A stretch of DNA of 64,000 nt from Eukaryota sp. TZLM1-RC (GCA_040285825.1 JAUPSS010000007.1:1958689-2022688), one strand, 5' to 3'; shown: positions 46,635-60,222, counted from the first letter of the stretch. Numbers and translations: made by a program. The notes: generated from the letters alone by a model not told the origin.

Positions 46635-47900
46635 TGCTTTTAATCAAGTACCTTCCAACATCTTCTATCAACAAACCCATTTTCTGTTGATTTAAGAATG
46701 GATGGAAATCTTGAAACAAATGCTGGTCCCAAACAGAGAAAATCCAATTGAAAGCGAGTATGGTCAACAAAACTGAGCCAAGTCCTAGTGGCTTCAAGCC
46801 TGACCCTTTGATTAAGTTGAAATCAAAAACCACAAATCAAAATCTTCCCACTGTTTTGTGCCTTGATCTTGAAACGTATCAGGATGGTCATCTTTACCAA
46901 AATCATGATGGCCAATTTCAACCTCCTGATGAGATTATCAACAAAAAGTGAAAAGAGGGTGCAGATCTGCCAAAAAGAGAAACTAATGAGCAAATGGATG
47001 AGTGGATTTCAGATCAAAACATCCTTTTAATTTCAATTGTTGTTGGAAGAGATGATTGTACTAATTTCTTTTTGGAGAGTAAATAATCACTTATATTGAG
47101 AAGGAGTTCTCAAATTATTAGATTACCAGACATTGATAAGGTTAATCAGGCAGAAGTTTTCTCTGACAAAAAAACCGTGCTTCTTAGGTTTTTAAACATT
47201 GTTGGTAATCTGCCACCTCATTGTTATCTTAATCACAATTTAATGCAACTTGATTGACAGGTCTAAAAGTTAGATTAAATTAGTTTGATCTACCATTTCC
47301 CACTTTTCCTGATGGTACAGCAATTGATGCTCTCAACCAACATTCACCAAGATGGAGAGAAGTTGTCATCAGGGAAAATGACTTTTATCTTTTGGACACA
47401 CTGGTATTTGATAAAAGATTCATCAAAATTCTTTATGGTTATAGTTTAGGCAATCTGGCGCAAAAAAGGGTTAGTGAAAATCAAATCAAACTTCATCTGT
47501 ACGTCTCACTCAAAATGCTTATTCCCAACAATTTCCCACTTTCATATTGTTTGGAATTAATTGGGAAAATCAAAAAAGGGGGAAATTATTGTCCAGAATA
47601 TTAATCAGGAATGCAACACACAGATGAGGAATTTATTAATTTTTTAACCTGTTGATTGTTTAGCCACTGCTCCATTGGGATAATAATTGATTCAATATGG
47701 GCTTTATGATTGTATCCTGAAACTTTTTGTATTTTTTCAAAATGATAAGTTCATTTTACCATCTTATAAAACCTTTCGAGCAACCGTTAACTCAATGGTT
47801 AAACATTCAAATGTGATACTCAATTTGAGAAAAACTGCTTCAAACTTTCAACAATTACGAATTCGTATTACATGTTGCTTGAAGCTGTATTTACAGTCCC
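46635..47900 (+). pseudogene. Decayed PolB-type DEDDy exonuclease fused to a Fanzor1 N-terminus, copy 2 (3'-truncated)
   Basis: ExoI VLCLDLET (46853-46876); VLLRFLNIV..P...HNLMQLD ExoII (47234-47254); LDTLVF..GYSLGNLA; ExoIII YGLYD (47696-47710); then in frame YKTFRATVNSMVKH...LKLYL. Confidence 0.75.
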
Positions 47901-48164
47901 GAAATTTTCAATTTTATTTATTTATTCAATTTTCATTTCATTCTTTATTTCATTAGAGTTTCAAAATTCCAACAATGGTTGAAGACTCAAGATAAATAAA
48001 ATGCAATTCTTATCAACCTGTGTATATTTAGAATTTCTTTACAGTGATGGGTTACAGAATATTCCATTTGTTGCAATTTACGGCTAATATTTGTACCAAT
48101 TGTATCAATCAAATGTTTTGTCTTAAATCAAAGCAAAAAATGACCACACACCACAATAGTTAAC

Positions 48165-48430
48165 TGTTCAAGAAAACCCTGACCTGCTTGTTTTCTTGCC
48201 ATTGCTTCCCTCATTTTATAAAAGAACCGAGGTATCTATTTAATAAAGCAAATTGAATTCGAGACCGCCATAAAAAGACATCAAATCTTTTCATTGTTTT
48301 TTGAACCATTTTATGGAAATCATTCAAACAATTTTCTGTTTCTACTGATAGTCTTCCGTTCATAGAAAATGCAAAAGCAATAAATACAACTGGTCTGTTT
48401 CTATCAGCAACAGCTTCTTTTGCAACATTG
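48165..48430 (-). mobile_element. Older 3' fragment of the adjacent non-LTR family
   Basis: FIAFAFSMNGRLSVE...WRSRIQFA, homologous to 48540-48800. Confidence 0.8.
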
Positions 48431-48457
48431 AGGAGATAAAATCAACAACTTCATATT

Positions 48458-50525
48458 ATTTTTTAATTTATTGAATTTGCACACTTGATTAAATTAAATC
48501 AAAACTAATGGGACGACAATCATTAAACCAAGATTTCCTCTACAAAATCTTGATTTGCTTGCTGTCTAGCTAAAGCTTCTCTAATTCGATTGAAAAACCG
48601 CGGTAATCTATTAATAATGGCAAATTGAATCCGTGAACGCCATAAAAAAATATCAAATCTTTTCATTGTTTTTTCTTTCACCATTTTTTGGAAGTCATCC
48701 AAAAAAGTTTCTGCTTCAACTGATAATCTTCCATTTATCGAAAATGGGAAAGCAATAAAAACCAGCTGTGTATTTCTATCGATATTTGCATCTTCAATTT
48801 CTTTATCATATTTTCTATGTTTTTCTTTTGCTTTAAAATCCAGAGCAGCCACAGGATTAAGTTTTCTTCTGTGAACCAAAGTATCGTTTGCAACATTACA
48901 TGAGACAAAGTCAACAATAGCTTCAGAATTATCAATCCAATCACAGTATACATCACCTCTATCATCAGAACCAAAATTATTCAGAGAAAGTGTTTCTTTC
49001 AGCAGGGGCTCTTTGATACACGATATCCTTGCAGTTTGTGCCATATTGAAAACAGTGTCTCTAACAGCATCATGTAATGAAGAACGATAAGTTATCAATT
49101 TAGAGCAATTTAGAGCATGGCGCAAAGTGAGTTGAGGTGAATTCGAACAAATACATTTTTCTTTTGATAATAATTGGTTAATGGGGATGTTCAAATATAA
49201 TCTCATTTTTGTTACAAATGCTTCATTAGTAGCACACAATCCAAATCTTCGTGGTACAATGGTTACAAAAAGTGAAGAATCTGACACCTTGTTTTCACAA
49301 ACACCCTTTTCCAATAACAATGAGTGAAGATCTTGATTTAAAACAGCCGAGCTGCAAATATTTTTATAAAGATCTTTTTCATACATTCCAGTCAATCTTT
49401 TCTGTAATGTTCGAAGAGTGTACTTCAAATTTAAAACATTTTTTTCTGGAATATTGTCATTGAATGATTGGGGAAAACATCGACCCCATTTTTCTACATC
49501 AATTCTTGAAATTTCTTCATTTAATGCAAAAACAGTGGAACTTTGCGTTGTCATCAATAAATCTTCCCAATCTGCAAATCTTTCGGAGAACTCAAAGATT
49601 GCATTTCTGCATCCACCAACAAAAAGCACACGAGGTAAGAATAGAAGCCTTCGTCCACCCTAAACCACCATATTGTGGACTAAGGTAAGCATGATCTGGA
49701 ATTTGGAAACATTTTACATCCCAGTAATTGAGACAGAACTTTTGCACGTAACTCATTAAACTTTTTGAGCCAAAGGTCTAGTGACGAGAGGATTTGTTGA
49801 TCGAAATATATGATTAAAATTGGAACTAAAACACAGTCTTATAATGGTAAATTTGATGTGTTTTTTTATATCTAAATTCATCATTCGGTCAATTTTGTCA
49901 GAAATTGAGTTCAACTTTTCAAACAATTTTTTTGGTAATTTCATCATTATTTCCTAAAAACGAACCCAAATGACGAATAGCATCAATTGAATATAATTTG
50001 GCTTGAATTTCAATATCATCAATTATTGTGGAAACTGGAGAATTCGATAACAAAACACATTTAAGTAAATTAAGTCGGAGACCAATTTTGGTAAATAATT
50101 CTTTAAAACATACAGTTGCTTTTTTCACAATATTTAATTCACCAATAAGCACAACATCATCCATATATGCAATCATTTTTAGTGAAGGAAACATCTCTTG
50201 AATTTGCAGTAGAATAGGATGAATGGCCAAACAAAACAAAAGAGGTCCTAACGGATCTCCTTGCTTTACGCCACTTGATGAAATCAAAATGTTGTTACCA
50301 AAATGTAAATTAGAATATGTGCAATATGTTGATTGAAAATATGGTATTAATTCTGGCATATATTGCAATAGAGCACCATGGATACTGCGACGACTTAGCG
50401 AATTGAAAGCATTACTAAAATCCAATGACATGCAAACATTGGATTCATTTTGACGAAATAAGACATCAGTAGCAAAAATCGCTGAAGAGACTCCATCTGT
50501 AGTATTTATACCATATTGAAAGGGT
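48458..50525 (-). mobile_element. 5'-truncated RLE non-LTR retrotransposon with 11-bp TSD
   Basis: LDFSNAFN, GVKQGDPLGP, YMDD; CICS..HALNC..HDAVRD, RGDV, KHRKY. TSD AACTTCATATT at 48447-48457 and 50526-50536. Confidence 0.92.
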
Positions 50526-50580
50526 AACTTCATATTTGAATTGAATGACATAATTTTGCCAAAAACATACTTACTCCAAT

Positions 50581-53500
50581 ATGGTTGTTCGCAATGCTGT
50601 GGAACCCTGTAAGATTCAGGGAAAGACTGGTCGTTTTATAGACTCTGTTGTACAACAGCTCATCGTCTCAATCAAAGATTCTCCAACTTCCAACACCAGT
50701 GAGATTGAAGCAATTAAACGTGCATTATCTGACATAGGTCACCAACATCCAACTCTTACCATCTCTTCTGTACTTAACTTTCTCACTTCTAATGAAGTTG
50801 GATTAACCCACAGAGTAGCTCTCCTTGAGATTGTCTCTGCTGTAGTTGAAAACGCTTCTCTGGAACGCTCTCTAGCTGATCAAGTTGCAAATGTCGCAGT
50901 CCACGATGTTACTGCCACTAAAGTTTGTTTCCATCTATTGCTTTTCATCCTAGGACATCATCCCCCAATGGCAAGCTGCTGCCTCGGCTGTCATCGCTGC
51001 CGTCTGTAAACGTTCCCCTAAAGCTGCTCACTCTGCCATCGTCTCTTCCTGGCCTTCTGGTACCATTCCCCACTACTTCCTCCTTCGTTGTGTCGCTGAG
51101 TTTGCACAGTTCAATCCCACTTTCCTTGTCCCCAACCTCGCTGAAATTTCCACCCGCTTGGTCAATTCGATTGGTTTGGTGAAGAACATTAACGTCAAGT
51201 GGTCCTTTGCCAATGCAGTAGGGTGCATCTGTGAAGCCATTCAACACGTAGCTGCTGATGAAACCACATCCACCTCTCTCCGTACTTCATTCTCTTCTGA
51301 ATTAGCCCCTGTGTTTGATACCTTGTTATCTTGGGTAGCAGGCAAGGAAATTAAGGTTAAGCTCCAGGTTATTGAATCAATTGGTCTTTTGACAGTTGTT
51401 ACTCCTCCAGAGTTTTTACGTCCAAGAATTCCAAAAATTGTTACAACTTTATTTACATTGTTGAAGAAAGAAAAACAATTAGAAGCAAAATTACCTATTT
51501 TAAAATCCCTCTCGTCCCTGCTAACGGCTATTTCGGCTTCTTCTTTGGAATTAGAGTCCTCTCAGTTGGACGAGATATTCAAAACAATTCTTAATCTTGG
51601 CACTAGTGTTCAACAACAACTATCCGACGTGCCTTCAGCTGAAGCTTTAAGAATGTGGAGCGAGTGTATACGTTCGGTAGACGCTCTTTTCCTTGGTAGA
51701 CATACCAATGCAGCTACTATTGACTTCTTCTTCAACTCAATCACTAGCCCTTCCTCCCCTAATCATTTGGGAACTTCTCTACTGGTGGTTAAGCAATTAT
51801 TGGCCACTCACCCAGTCAAGTTTGAAGATCGGAGGGATAACTTGGTGGCAATGTGTAGAGGTGCCACTTCTTCCACCTCTGTTGTTGTTCGTAAAGCTTT
51901 GGTTGAAATGACCGCTACGCTTGCTAGACAAGGGCTCATGAACATTTCAGGAGCTGATGATTTAATTCACTTTGTTGTTTCATGTGCTGGTACCACAGAA
52001 GAAACACCCGCTGAGAAGAACTTGACTAGAATATCAGAAGATGTACTAAACCTCATTGTCACCACCATTCCTGAGATTCACAACATTCTCTGGCCTTCTT
52101 TAATAGAGCAAATGAAACCTGAAGCTCATTTTGCTGCTGCGCCCATCATTTCAAAGTGTTTGGCAATCCTAATTGAGAATTTACCAGAAGAATTAAGAGT
52201 TCCACTTTCTCTTGAAGAGTACAGAGACGTTCCTAAAGCTGATTGGATGATTTCAATGATGTTTATCTTCTTGCACAAACCAAAGTCTTCCACTGCTGCC
52301 GTCTCTCTTCTTTCATGGCTCGGATGCATTCCCGAGGTCTATGGACTCGAGGAAGAACCTGGCAAGGTGCTGAAAGAAGGATCAGAGAGCCTAACTAAAG
52401 TTGATCCTAGTTCTAGTAATTATGAACCCAATCTTTTACTAATGTTTGCAAGGTTTTGTGCCGCCATTAGTGAGAAGTTTCTCGAAGATTTGTCTCTAAG
52501 GTTCCAGTCTGTCATTAACACTATGACTGAGTCTGAACAAAAACGTGCGATTCTTCGTTATATAGGAACAATCGCTTCTGTCTGTAAAAGAAAAGATTTA
52601 GTTGTTTCCCTCATTGGTTGGTTGTTATCACATTGTTGCTTTAATGATGAAAAACAACGTCAAGGCTTGGCTTCTGCTTGCGGTCTAGTGGCAGAACATC
52701 ATCTAGATCCTGTGTTGGACGCTCTTGGCCAATCAATCAGTGCAGGAAACAATCAAGCAGCTCAGCAGTCCTCTGGATTCTTCAAGAAAAAGAAATCTGG
52801 TCCAAAGATTGCAGATGATCTGGTTTCCACCATTATCCTTTGCTTGGGTCATGTCTGTAAACATGCTCCCGTCAATCTTTTGGCTCCAAGATTGGAAACC
52901 TATGTTCTCCCTTATATCAAACCCTATTTAGTAAAGGGAAAGATATCGTCTCCGGTACGTGAAGCAGCTCTTTCTTGCGTTTATCTCATGGCAAAAGCTC
53001 TTCATCCCTCAAAGTTGGCTGACTGTGGTTCTTCTAATGTGGCGAGGTTTGTTTTCAAGCCCAGAGATGAACTTTTGGAGTTGGTACTGGAGTTAACCAA
53101 TCCTGCTGATGTTCCAGAAAGTGCAATCTCTCCTATTAGGTTCAAAGCTCTGTCGGCATTGTCTTCATTGGTTGTCCTTCCCCCTGGTTTGACCTCTACA
53201 ATCTCCACCAATTCTCTCAATGCCGTTCTCAGGCTGACAGCCAGCAGCACCGACCAAAAGAAAGAACTTGAAGAACGATTAGAAAGAGCAATGGTTGCAA
53301 TTTTGGACTCCAACCCCACACTGGAACGTTTATTATCTATTTGTGATTCAGTTGGCCAGTGGTTAGAAGGTTCTCCTGATTCAACTGCCTCTGCACTTGC
53401 TTGCCAACGTGCCGCACTACAACGTTTTATCGAATTAATCTCTCAACCTGAATATGAACGAAATTTGGATGATGTATTCCCCATTGGAAACCTCTTAGGA

Positions 53501-55504
53501 CCTCTTATTCCATGTAGCTTTCATCAGTATTCTCCAGTTAGACTCAATGCCTTGGATTGTGTTGAACTAGCTCTGTTTGCCCATCATATTTACTCCAATC
53601 CTGTAAGTGATTCACCATTGGTTCCTCCTGAATCACTAACCAAGTTTTCCTCAACCAAATCTTCTATTAATGATGAAGTTCACACAGCTGGAGCCTCTGC
53701 TCTTGGAGCTGCAACTGCTGGTCTTTTAACTTCCCTCCAAGTGCTGGAATTGAGTAATGTGTTGGGCAGAGTTGTGCTTACTTGCAATCCCTCTACTGCT
53801 AGTTATTGTGGTTCTTTTCTCTCCTCATTAATTAAGGCAAAAGGAAGTGAATTAGAATCACAAGTGGTGGGCATTCTTTCCAGCCTTCTTTCCTTTATGT
53901 CTATGTCTGGTGTCTCTGAAGGATCGACTGTTAATGACGGTTCTATAGCTGGTGCGCTGTTGGACCCTTTGCTTATTTTGTCTGATGAGCACCATACCAC
54001 TGCTTTGGATTATCTACTATCTTCATTCGATACCAAAAATCCTGATGAGAAGAGCATGTCTACCGCCACTGCTGCTCTTCTAAGGGGAATGATTGCTAGA
54101 TCAGATGGTGCAAAGGTGTTTTGGCGGATTATCGAAGCTTTAAATAGTGGTCAGCAGTTTGAGTCACCCAGAGGAGGGACTATCCAACCATCTGGAATTA
54201 CTTGTGGTTTAACCCTAACCCTAACTGAGTGCTTGGCTTCCAAAGCAGCTAATCAGGTGATTGAAGAGAGTAAAAGTAACGATGACGATGAAGACGAACC
54301 TGTTGGACTTTGGGCAGCTACTATTTGTACCATAATGTTGAGAATCGGTTGTTGTAAGGATCTGACCCAATTCGATGCTCACTCTCAAGTAATCAAGTGC
54401 CTGCAACACTTTTTAGCTTTAAAAAACAATGTTTCTTTGTCTCAATCGGTTAATAGTAATGGAACGTTTAATTTGTTAGGCACTGGTCATTCCATTCCAC
54501 ATGGTATCACCAATTTGGCTTTTAGCATAGTGAAGGCTAGGCCTGAAATGCTGGTTTCAGTACACAAGTTTTTATCCAAGTTCTTTTCTGCTTCCTACTC
54601 TGGTCAGCGATTGGTTGCAACTTCTGTTTCTTCTGAATTTATAAGGCATTTTTCCAAGCCTTCTAAGTTTATGATGAGTCTTATTAATTCTATATTGTCA
54701 AGAACCACTGATGAAGAATCTTCTGTTCGATTAATGGCCATCAAGGGCTTGGGTAATGTTGCTATCAGTGGAAAGAGACAAATCAACAAGTATTCCGGAA
54801 CAGTTTTAAACTGCTTGTTGCCATCAATGGCTGATCAATCAAACGATGTTTCCATTGAGGCTTTGAATGCTCTCAAACATGTTGTGGAACTTGCTGATGT
54901 GGATAAGGTCGACTCTATGGTTGTCACAATTACTCTTCATCTACGACCATTGTTAGCAAGGCCTGTTTCAGCATTAAGAGTCGCTTGTTTTGACCTTCTT
55001 GCAGCACTGGCCAACGTCAGGACCGAAGCTTCTATTGATGGTTTGACCGAGCAAGCCCACCACTTTTTGCCATCTTTTCTTATCTTTGCCTATGATGAAT
55101 GTGAAGAGGTCAGGAGTCACACAATGAAGGCTTTTGAGGCGTTGGCCAGGTACACCGAGTGTTCTGCTTTAAATGAGTTAATTTCCAGTAGGTCTGTGAT
55201 TGGTGGTTATTCTGAATATATGACATTTTTAAGAAACATGGCTGAAGTTCTTCAAGCAAACTTTTTGTCGCATCTCAATTCCTACATCATGGCATGTCTC
55301 CAATCTACCAAGTCTGATATTGATTTCGTTCGTGCCAATTCTGCTCTAGTGTCGGCTTCACTTGTTTGTGGACTTTCTGAAGCTTCAAGGAAAAGGTTAT
55401 CTTTAGAACATTGTCCTATGGAAATTTTATCGATGCTTAAAGATCCTTCTTCATATGTTCGGACCAATGCAGCTCTTTCTCTAGCTTTGTTTAAAGATTT
55501 GTAA
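50581..55504 (+). CDS. Maestro HEAT-like repeat protein (MROH1-like), 31-nt intron 50923-50953
   Basis: Splicing gives ATK|DIIPQWQAAAS...PHYFLL; ILWPSLIE; GLASACGLVAEHHLDPVL; HEAT repeats throughout. Confidence 0.8.
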
Positions 55505-55618
55505 GTTTTTTGTTTTTATTGTAAAGTTTTTTATTGTGGTTTTATTCAAAATCTTAATTGAAAAATATGGATAATTTAAATCTTAAAAAAATATATTACA
55601 CAGAAAGTTAATTCTCAA

Positions 55619-55915
55619 TCATTCTTCATGGGGTGGTGTCAATGCATTAAACCCTGGGGTTGAAGCCAAACAAAGATCATCCTTGATACGCTTTCTCCTC
55701 ATCCTCTTTCGCTTAAAAACCCACGAGCTGAACAAGTGACCAACAGTGCTAACTGATCCTGTTATATGGGTTCTAGAAACGCCATGCCTTAGAGATCTTG
55801 CTGGATGGTACTTTGTTTGAAGCAGTGTCTCATTCAAAGACTGTGCGTGTAGATTGTTATCTCTGAATTGTTCGTATGTGGGTGATGGCTGGAGTGAGGA
55901 TTGGGAGGATCCCAT
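55619..55915 (-). CDS. Small hypothetical protein (98 aa, MGSSQS N-myristoylation-like start)
   Basis: ATG-initiated ORF with host-like GC between AT-rich flanks. Confidence 0.5.
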   Translation of the reverse strand: MGSSQSSLQPSPTYEQFRDNNLHAQSLNETLLQTKYHPARSLRHGVSRTHITGSVSTVGHLFSSWVFKRKRMRRKRIKDDLCLASTPGFNALTPPHEE

Positions 55916-56499
55916 TGATTAGTTGCTATGGTACAGGTAATGAGAATACAGCATTGGGTTGGCCACTCAAAGTGAAGGTTGTTCGCAGGTTTCTTTGCTA
56001 AACAATAGTTTGTGTTGTCCGACCTAAATTGAGTCTACCTTTTGTCCACATCATCAGTTGTTTTATTGATAAATATTGTTGTTTTATTTTAGCAAGTGAA
56101 CATACAACACATTGATAGGTCAACCCAAACGATCAGTCGAACTTTTTGGTAATATATAACATGGATAAGCATCAGCGTTTTCAGCACTGATAAAAATAAA
56201 TAAATCAAAGTTTTCAGTTTTTTAGGGGTTGGCTTCTTTGTTTTAGTCTTTGTTTACAATTCTTTTTCAAAGCAAACAGGGAACTTTGGAGAAAGAACGC
56301 ATTTGTCTTTTAAAATAGTTTCAAAGCCACGTTTAATGAAGAAACTAATCCACTTTTTTTGAAGGAGTTGGGGACTATGTTAGAAATTATTTATTGTTTG
56401 ACTACACAAGTCACCAGTACATATCAGAACTTTTTCTTTAACTCCTTTTTTATCATTAAATAAAAGAGTATAATAAATAAAAGAGAATAAAATATTTGT

Positions 56500-57540
56500 T
56501 ATTGAACTTCAACACTTAGTAAAATTAAAACAGAACTAATGAAATCAAATTTAATGAACCAAGATTTCCTCTACAAAATCCTAATCCTCTTGTTTTCTCG
56601 CAATTTCTTCTCTTGTTCGATAAAAAAACCACGATAATCTATTAATTTCAGGATATTGAATTCGTGACCACCACAAACAGAAATCAAATGTCTTCATTGT
56701 AAATGAATTATTCAAATAATTAATATAATTATTTACAAGGGATAAAACTGCGAATAATAATAAATTGTTTGTGTTTTCTTGACCGTTCTCCATATGTTAC
56801 CATTCATAACTTTTCAGGGAATTGGATCTAGAAGCATTATTCTGACATCTGTCATGACCCAATGACAGGATTATGCCACGGTATTTGATATGATTACCTG
56901 AATGTAATGATGATATTACATAGGAATTGACCTCCATAACAGGAAAATAGTAATAAAGTAAAGTTAAGAAACGTTATTTATAAACAATCTTCTTCATCAG
57001 CAGATGGTCTTCATCAGTTATTGGGTCTTCAAAGGCTTCCGTTTTTGTTTCCAATTGTGAATTATTTAATTTACAGAATAATCGAAGCTCAAAATAATCC
57101 ATTAGGTTGGCAGACAGCTAATCTTAAGCTGATTTATAAGAGAGGTAAAACAAATATAGTCATGGAAAAATATAGACACAATTCTCACACACCATGTTCA
57201 TCTAATTGAAACTTTACTACCTATTTGGCAAACTTGAGAATAAACTGATGGTTTACTAATGTCTTTACAAGCAACGTTTTGTCTCCTGTTTTAACTTCTA
57301 ATGGTCATGAATATCCGATTGGCTCCTTTAAGTGATTTCAAATTATTGCTAAACATGGAATAACACTTGTGTCAGGTCTGGAATTAGACATCTTTTATAC
57401 ACTAAGGTCAGATCAAAAAAACCAAGATTACCATTACATTTGGGCAAATAAAAACAATTTACACTAACAGTTCTAGTGCTACCTAGCCATTTTTTCAGCG
57501 TTCTACTCAATAGCGAGGTAATTAGTAGCTTCAATAAATG
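56500..57540. mobile_element. Scrambled non-LTR remnants
   Basis: 56500-56700 (-) is a 3' end of the 48.5-kb family. 57060-57200 (+) PLGWQTANLKLIYKRG..YR resembles RT domain 1. 57349-57534 (-) LKKWLG..FYLPKCNGNLGF resembles the post-RT region. Confidence 0.55.
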
Positions 57541-58188
57541 TGATGTGTAATTCGTGTACTTGTAAATATGAAAAACACAATTGCAGAAAACATTTTGGAC
57601 ATGTTCTATTATACCTTCAAACCTTGACAGTACTCATTTGGAAATACTAAGTGTATTACAGGCAGTTGTTGGGTATTATTTGCCTAAAATCCTGAAACGA
57701 TTACCCTTGTTTATTGATGAAGGTAGTTCAAAATCATTAATTTTTAATAAATAAATCAATTAATGGAAATTTGTGGACAATTTTTGAATAACAAAGTGCA
57801 TTAAATCACTAATTATTACGCATAACCAAAAACACAATTTTACAAATGCTTATGGCTGAATTTCCCCAAAACTGCAGCATGAAGATCATAGAAAGAAAAT
57901 GGTACCACACTTCCACACTTCGATACTGCTATCATTTCAATTTTGGATCAATATTATTATTAAATTCTTTAATTGTAATCTTAAGTGTTATTGTTAATTA
58001 CTTTCATTTTTCTTACAACAAATTCAAAAGCTCATTTCAGTGAATACCATGGTCCTAATAAACCAGGGTGAACACTCAAGCTATACATTTTTCTCAATAT
58101 ATTTCTTTTATAAATTACTCCAAATAGTTGAAGTAAAGGAAGCGAAAACCTTTATAATCAAACACGTATTAAAATACGATCTAACAAT

Positions 58189-58560
58189 CTATTGTTGTTG
58201 AACCAAAAAGTTGAAGTGTTCGCTGTCTCCAAAGACCTTGGTTACAACACAAACGGAAGTCTTAACGATGTTTCTTGGGTTTCCATCAACATCGAGTTTA
58301 TAGAGACCACAGAATTCTCCAAGTTGTTCACGGGTGCAATCACGGAAAATGGGAATGTTCTTTTCACGACAAAGGGCTTCAACAAGTTTGACGTATTCAG
58401 CATGATCTGCGTCTTCAGCCAACACACACATGAGGGCCTTTTCGGTATCGAGTGCTTTAACACACACACGGACACCGGCTAAGAGACCGTCAACAATACG
58501 GGCAGATTTGATGGTTTCGCGAATAGCGGTAACGTTGTCCATTTGAGCTTCTCCTTCCAT
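58189..58560 (-). CDS. RPS12: 40S ribosomal protein S12 (eS12); probable 29-nt 5'-UTR intron 58576-58604
   Basis: DGLLAGVRVCVKALD...CVLAED...YVKLVEALC...LGEFCGLYKLDVDGNPRNIV. Confidence 0.95.
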   Translation of the reverse strand: MEGEAQMDNVTAIRETIKSARIVDGLLAGVRVCVKALDTEKALMCVLAEDADHAEYVKLVEALCREKNIPIFRDCTREQLGEFCGLYKLDVDGNPRNIVKTSVCVVTKVFGDSEHFNFLVQQQ

Positions 58561-59019
58561 GGTTGAGATCCTCGACTAACATGAGATATGATGAATGAAC
58601 ATACAGCAGAAAAAAGGCCTTGAATGATCAATTTGCACTCATCCTATTTTCTTTTGTCAAACCTTGACAATTCTAGTTACTACTATTTGAAACATACACT
58701 TTTGATCGTTACTCTTCCATCATGAATTCTCAAGTATCTACTTGTTCTCCACTCTTTTTGTACTTCTGTCACCATTATCTTTTTCTAACACTTTGAAAAC
58801 AGCTTTGATTTCTTCATTGTATTTTTTGTTGAATTCAGAGGCTCTGAACCTTCTTTGAACATCACAACTTGTGCTGATTCAGACTTCTTTGATGTATCTT
58901 TGATAGTTTTCTGTTCTATTATTGCTGTTGATTTTGAATACGTAAAAGCAAAAAATTTACTCGTAAAGATAAATACACGATAATGACAAGATAAAGCTAA
59001 ACTCTATTAATACACAATA

Positions 59020-60222
59020 CTACACAGACAATGAAGCCTTCCTTTGTTGTACAGCATCTCCATATTGACTTTGCAAAACAAAGGCAAAGGAAAATATATC
59101 TTCTAATAGTCTTGTTGGCCATGTTTTAGTTTGCTGTTTTAAATCCTGAAGAAACATCAAAGTACTTGCAAAGTCCATATCAATAAGATCTGAAACAAAA
59201 TGCCGCAGAATAGCCACACATACAAATATATGAAAATGAACAAAATTACCATCTGCAAGATAAGTATCAATCATCCGAAGGACTAATGAATGAGGCAACT
59301 CTCTGAAAAGCAGACAGCTCATCCATCTAAAAGCGAAAAGATTGGAATGAACGCCAATAGAGGTGAAATGGTCATGAAGGGCTGAAGTTTCGTTGCATTT
59401 AGCCAAGACCATATCAAACAGTAAAACCATATTATTAAAACCATTCTGATTATTAATATAAAAACACTCTAAAGGATCTAAAAATTTTTCAAACAAATAA
59501 TATAAATCAGATTCAATCTGCATAAACTCTTCTTCTTCAAGCCCGTCCATAGTAAAATCACTTGGTTCTGATTGAGACACCTTTGGTGTCAGGATGGCAA
59601 TCAACAGAGGAATTGCCAAGTCATTCATACCTTGAACATAACCAGCAGCAGGGTGTCTGACAGCCCAGAGAAGTAGGACACGAGTAAGCATAAGGTTGAT
59701 GCGAGGATGTTGAACAAAAGGAAGATCTGTGGTAGTTCGGGGTAAATCCACCTTTATTTGATGAACTAAACTAACATCATGAGGAGAAGTAGACTTGAGG
59801 CGGGAAGATGTGTAGCGAGAGGTATGGATTTCATACTCCTTCATCTTAGTGATACGAGTTTGTTCTCGTCGAGAAGAATCTGATGGTAAATAATTCAGGA
59901 GTAGTGCCCAGACAATAGAACGAAGTTTGTTGGGCACTCCGTTCCACGATATTTCACGTAATAGTTCCATTTTGCAAACAGGTGCATAAATTAGTTCTTG
60001 AAAAATGTGCAGTCTATTCTGGTCAGGTGAGACGACATTGTGTGTATCTGTAGCAATGTTGGAGGAGACGTATTTAGGTTTTTTCGATTCTGGTGTTGCT
60101 GGAGATACATTGTCTGTAGAACTTATACTATGGACACACTTATATGAGGATTTTAAAGATTTGGAGCTGGTAGGGCTGGTGACAGGACGTATCCGTGTAG
60201 GACCGAACTTGTGTTTGAACAT
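59020..60222 (-). CDS. Rab-GAP TBC domain protein (TBC1D22/Gyp1-like)
   Basis: LREISWNGVP, QIKVDLPRT (R finger), WAVRHPAAGYVQGMNDL (Q finger), FAFRWMSCLL. Confidence 0.92.
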   Translation of the reverse strand: MFKHKFGPTRIRPVTSPTSSKSLKSSYKCVHSISSTDNVSPATPESKKPKYVSSNIATDTHNVVSPDQNRLHIFQELIYAPVCKMELLREISWNGVPNKLRSIVWALLLNYLPSDSSRREQTRITKMKEYEIHTSRYTSSRLKSTSPHDVSLVHQIKVDLPRTTTDLPFVQHPRINLMLTRVLLLWAVRHPAAGYVQGMNDLAIPLLIAILTPKVSQSEPSDFTMDGLEEEEFMQIESDLYYLFEKFLDPLECFYINNQNGFNNMVLLFDMVLAKCNETSALHDHFTSIGVHSNLFAFRWMSCLLFRELPHSLVLRMIDTYLADGNFVHFHIFVCVAILRHFVSDLIDMDFASTLMFLQDLKQQTKTWPTRLLEDIFSFAFVLQSQYGDAVQQRKASLSV

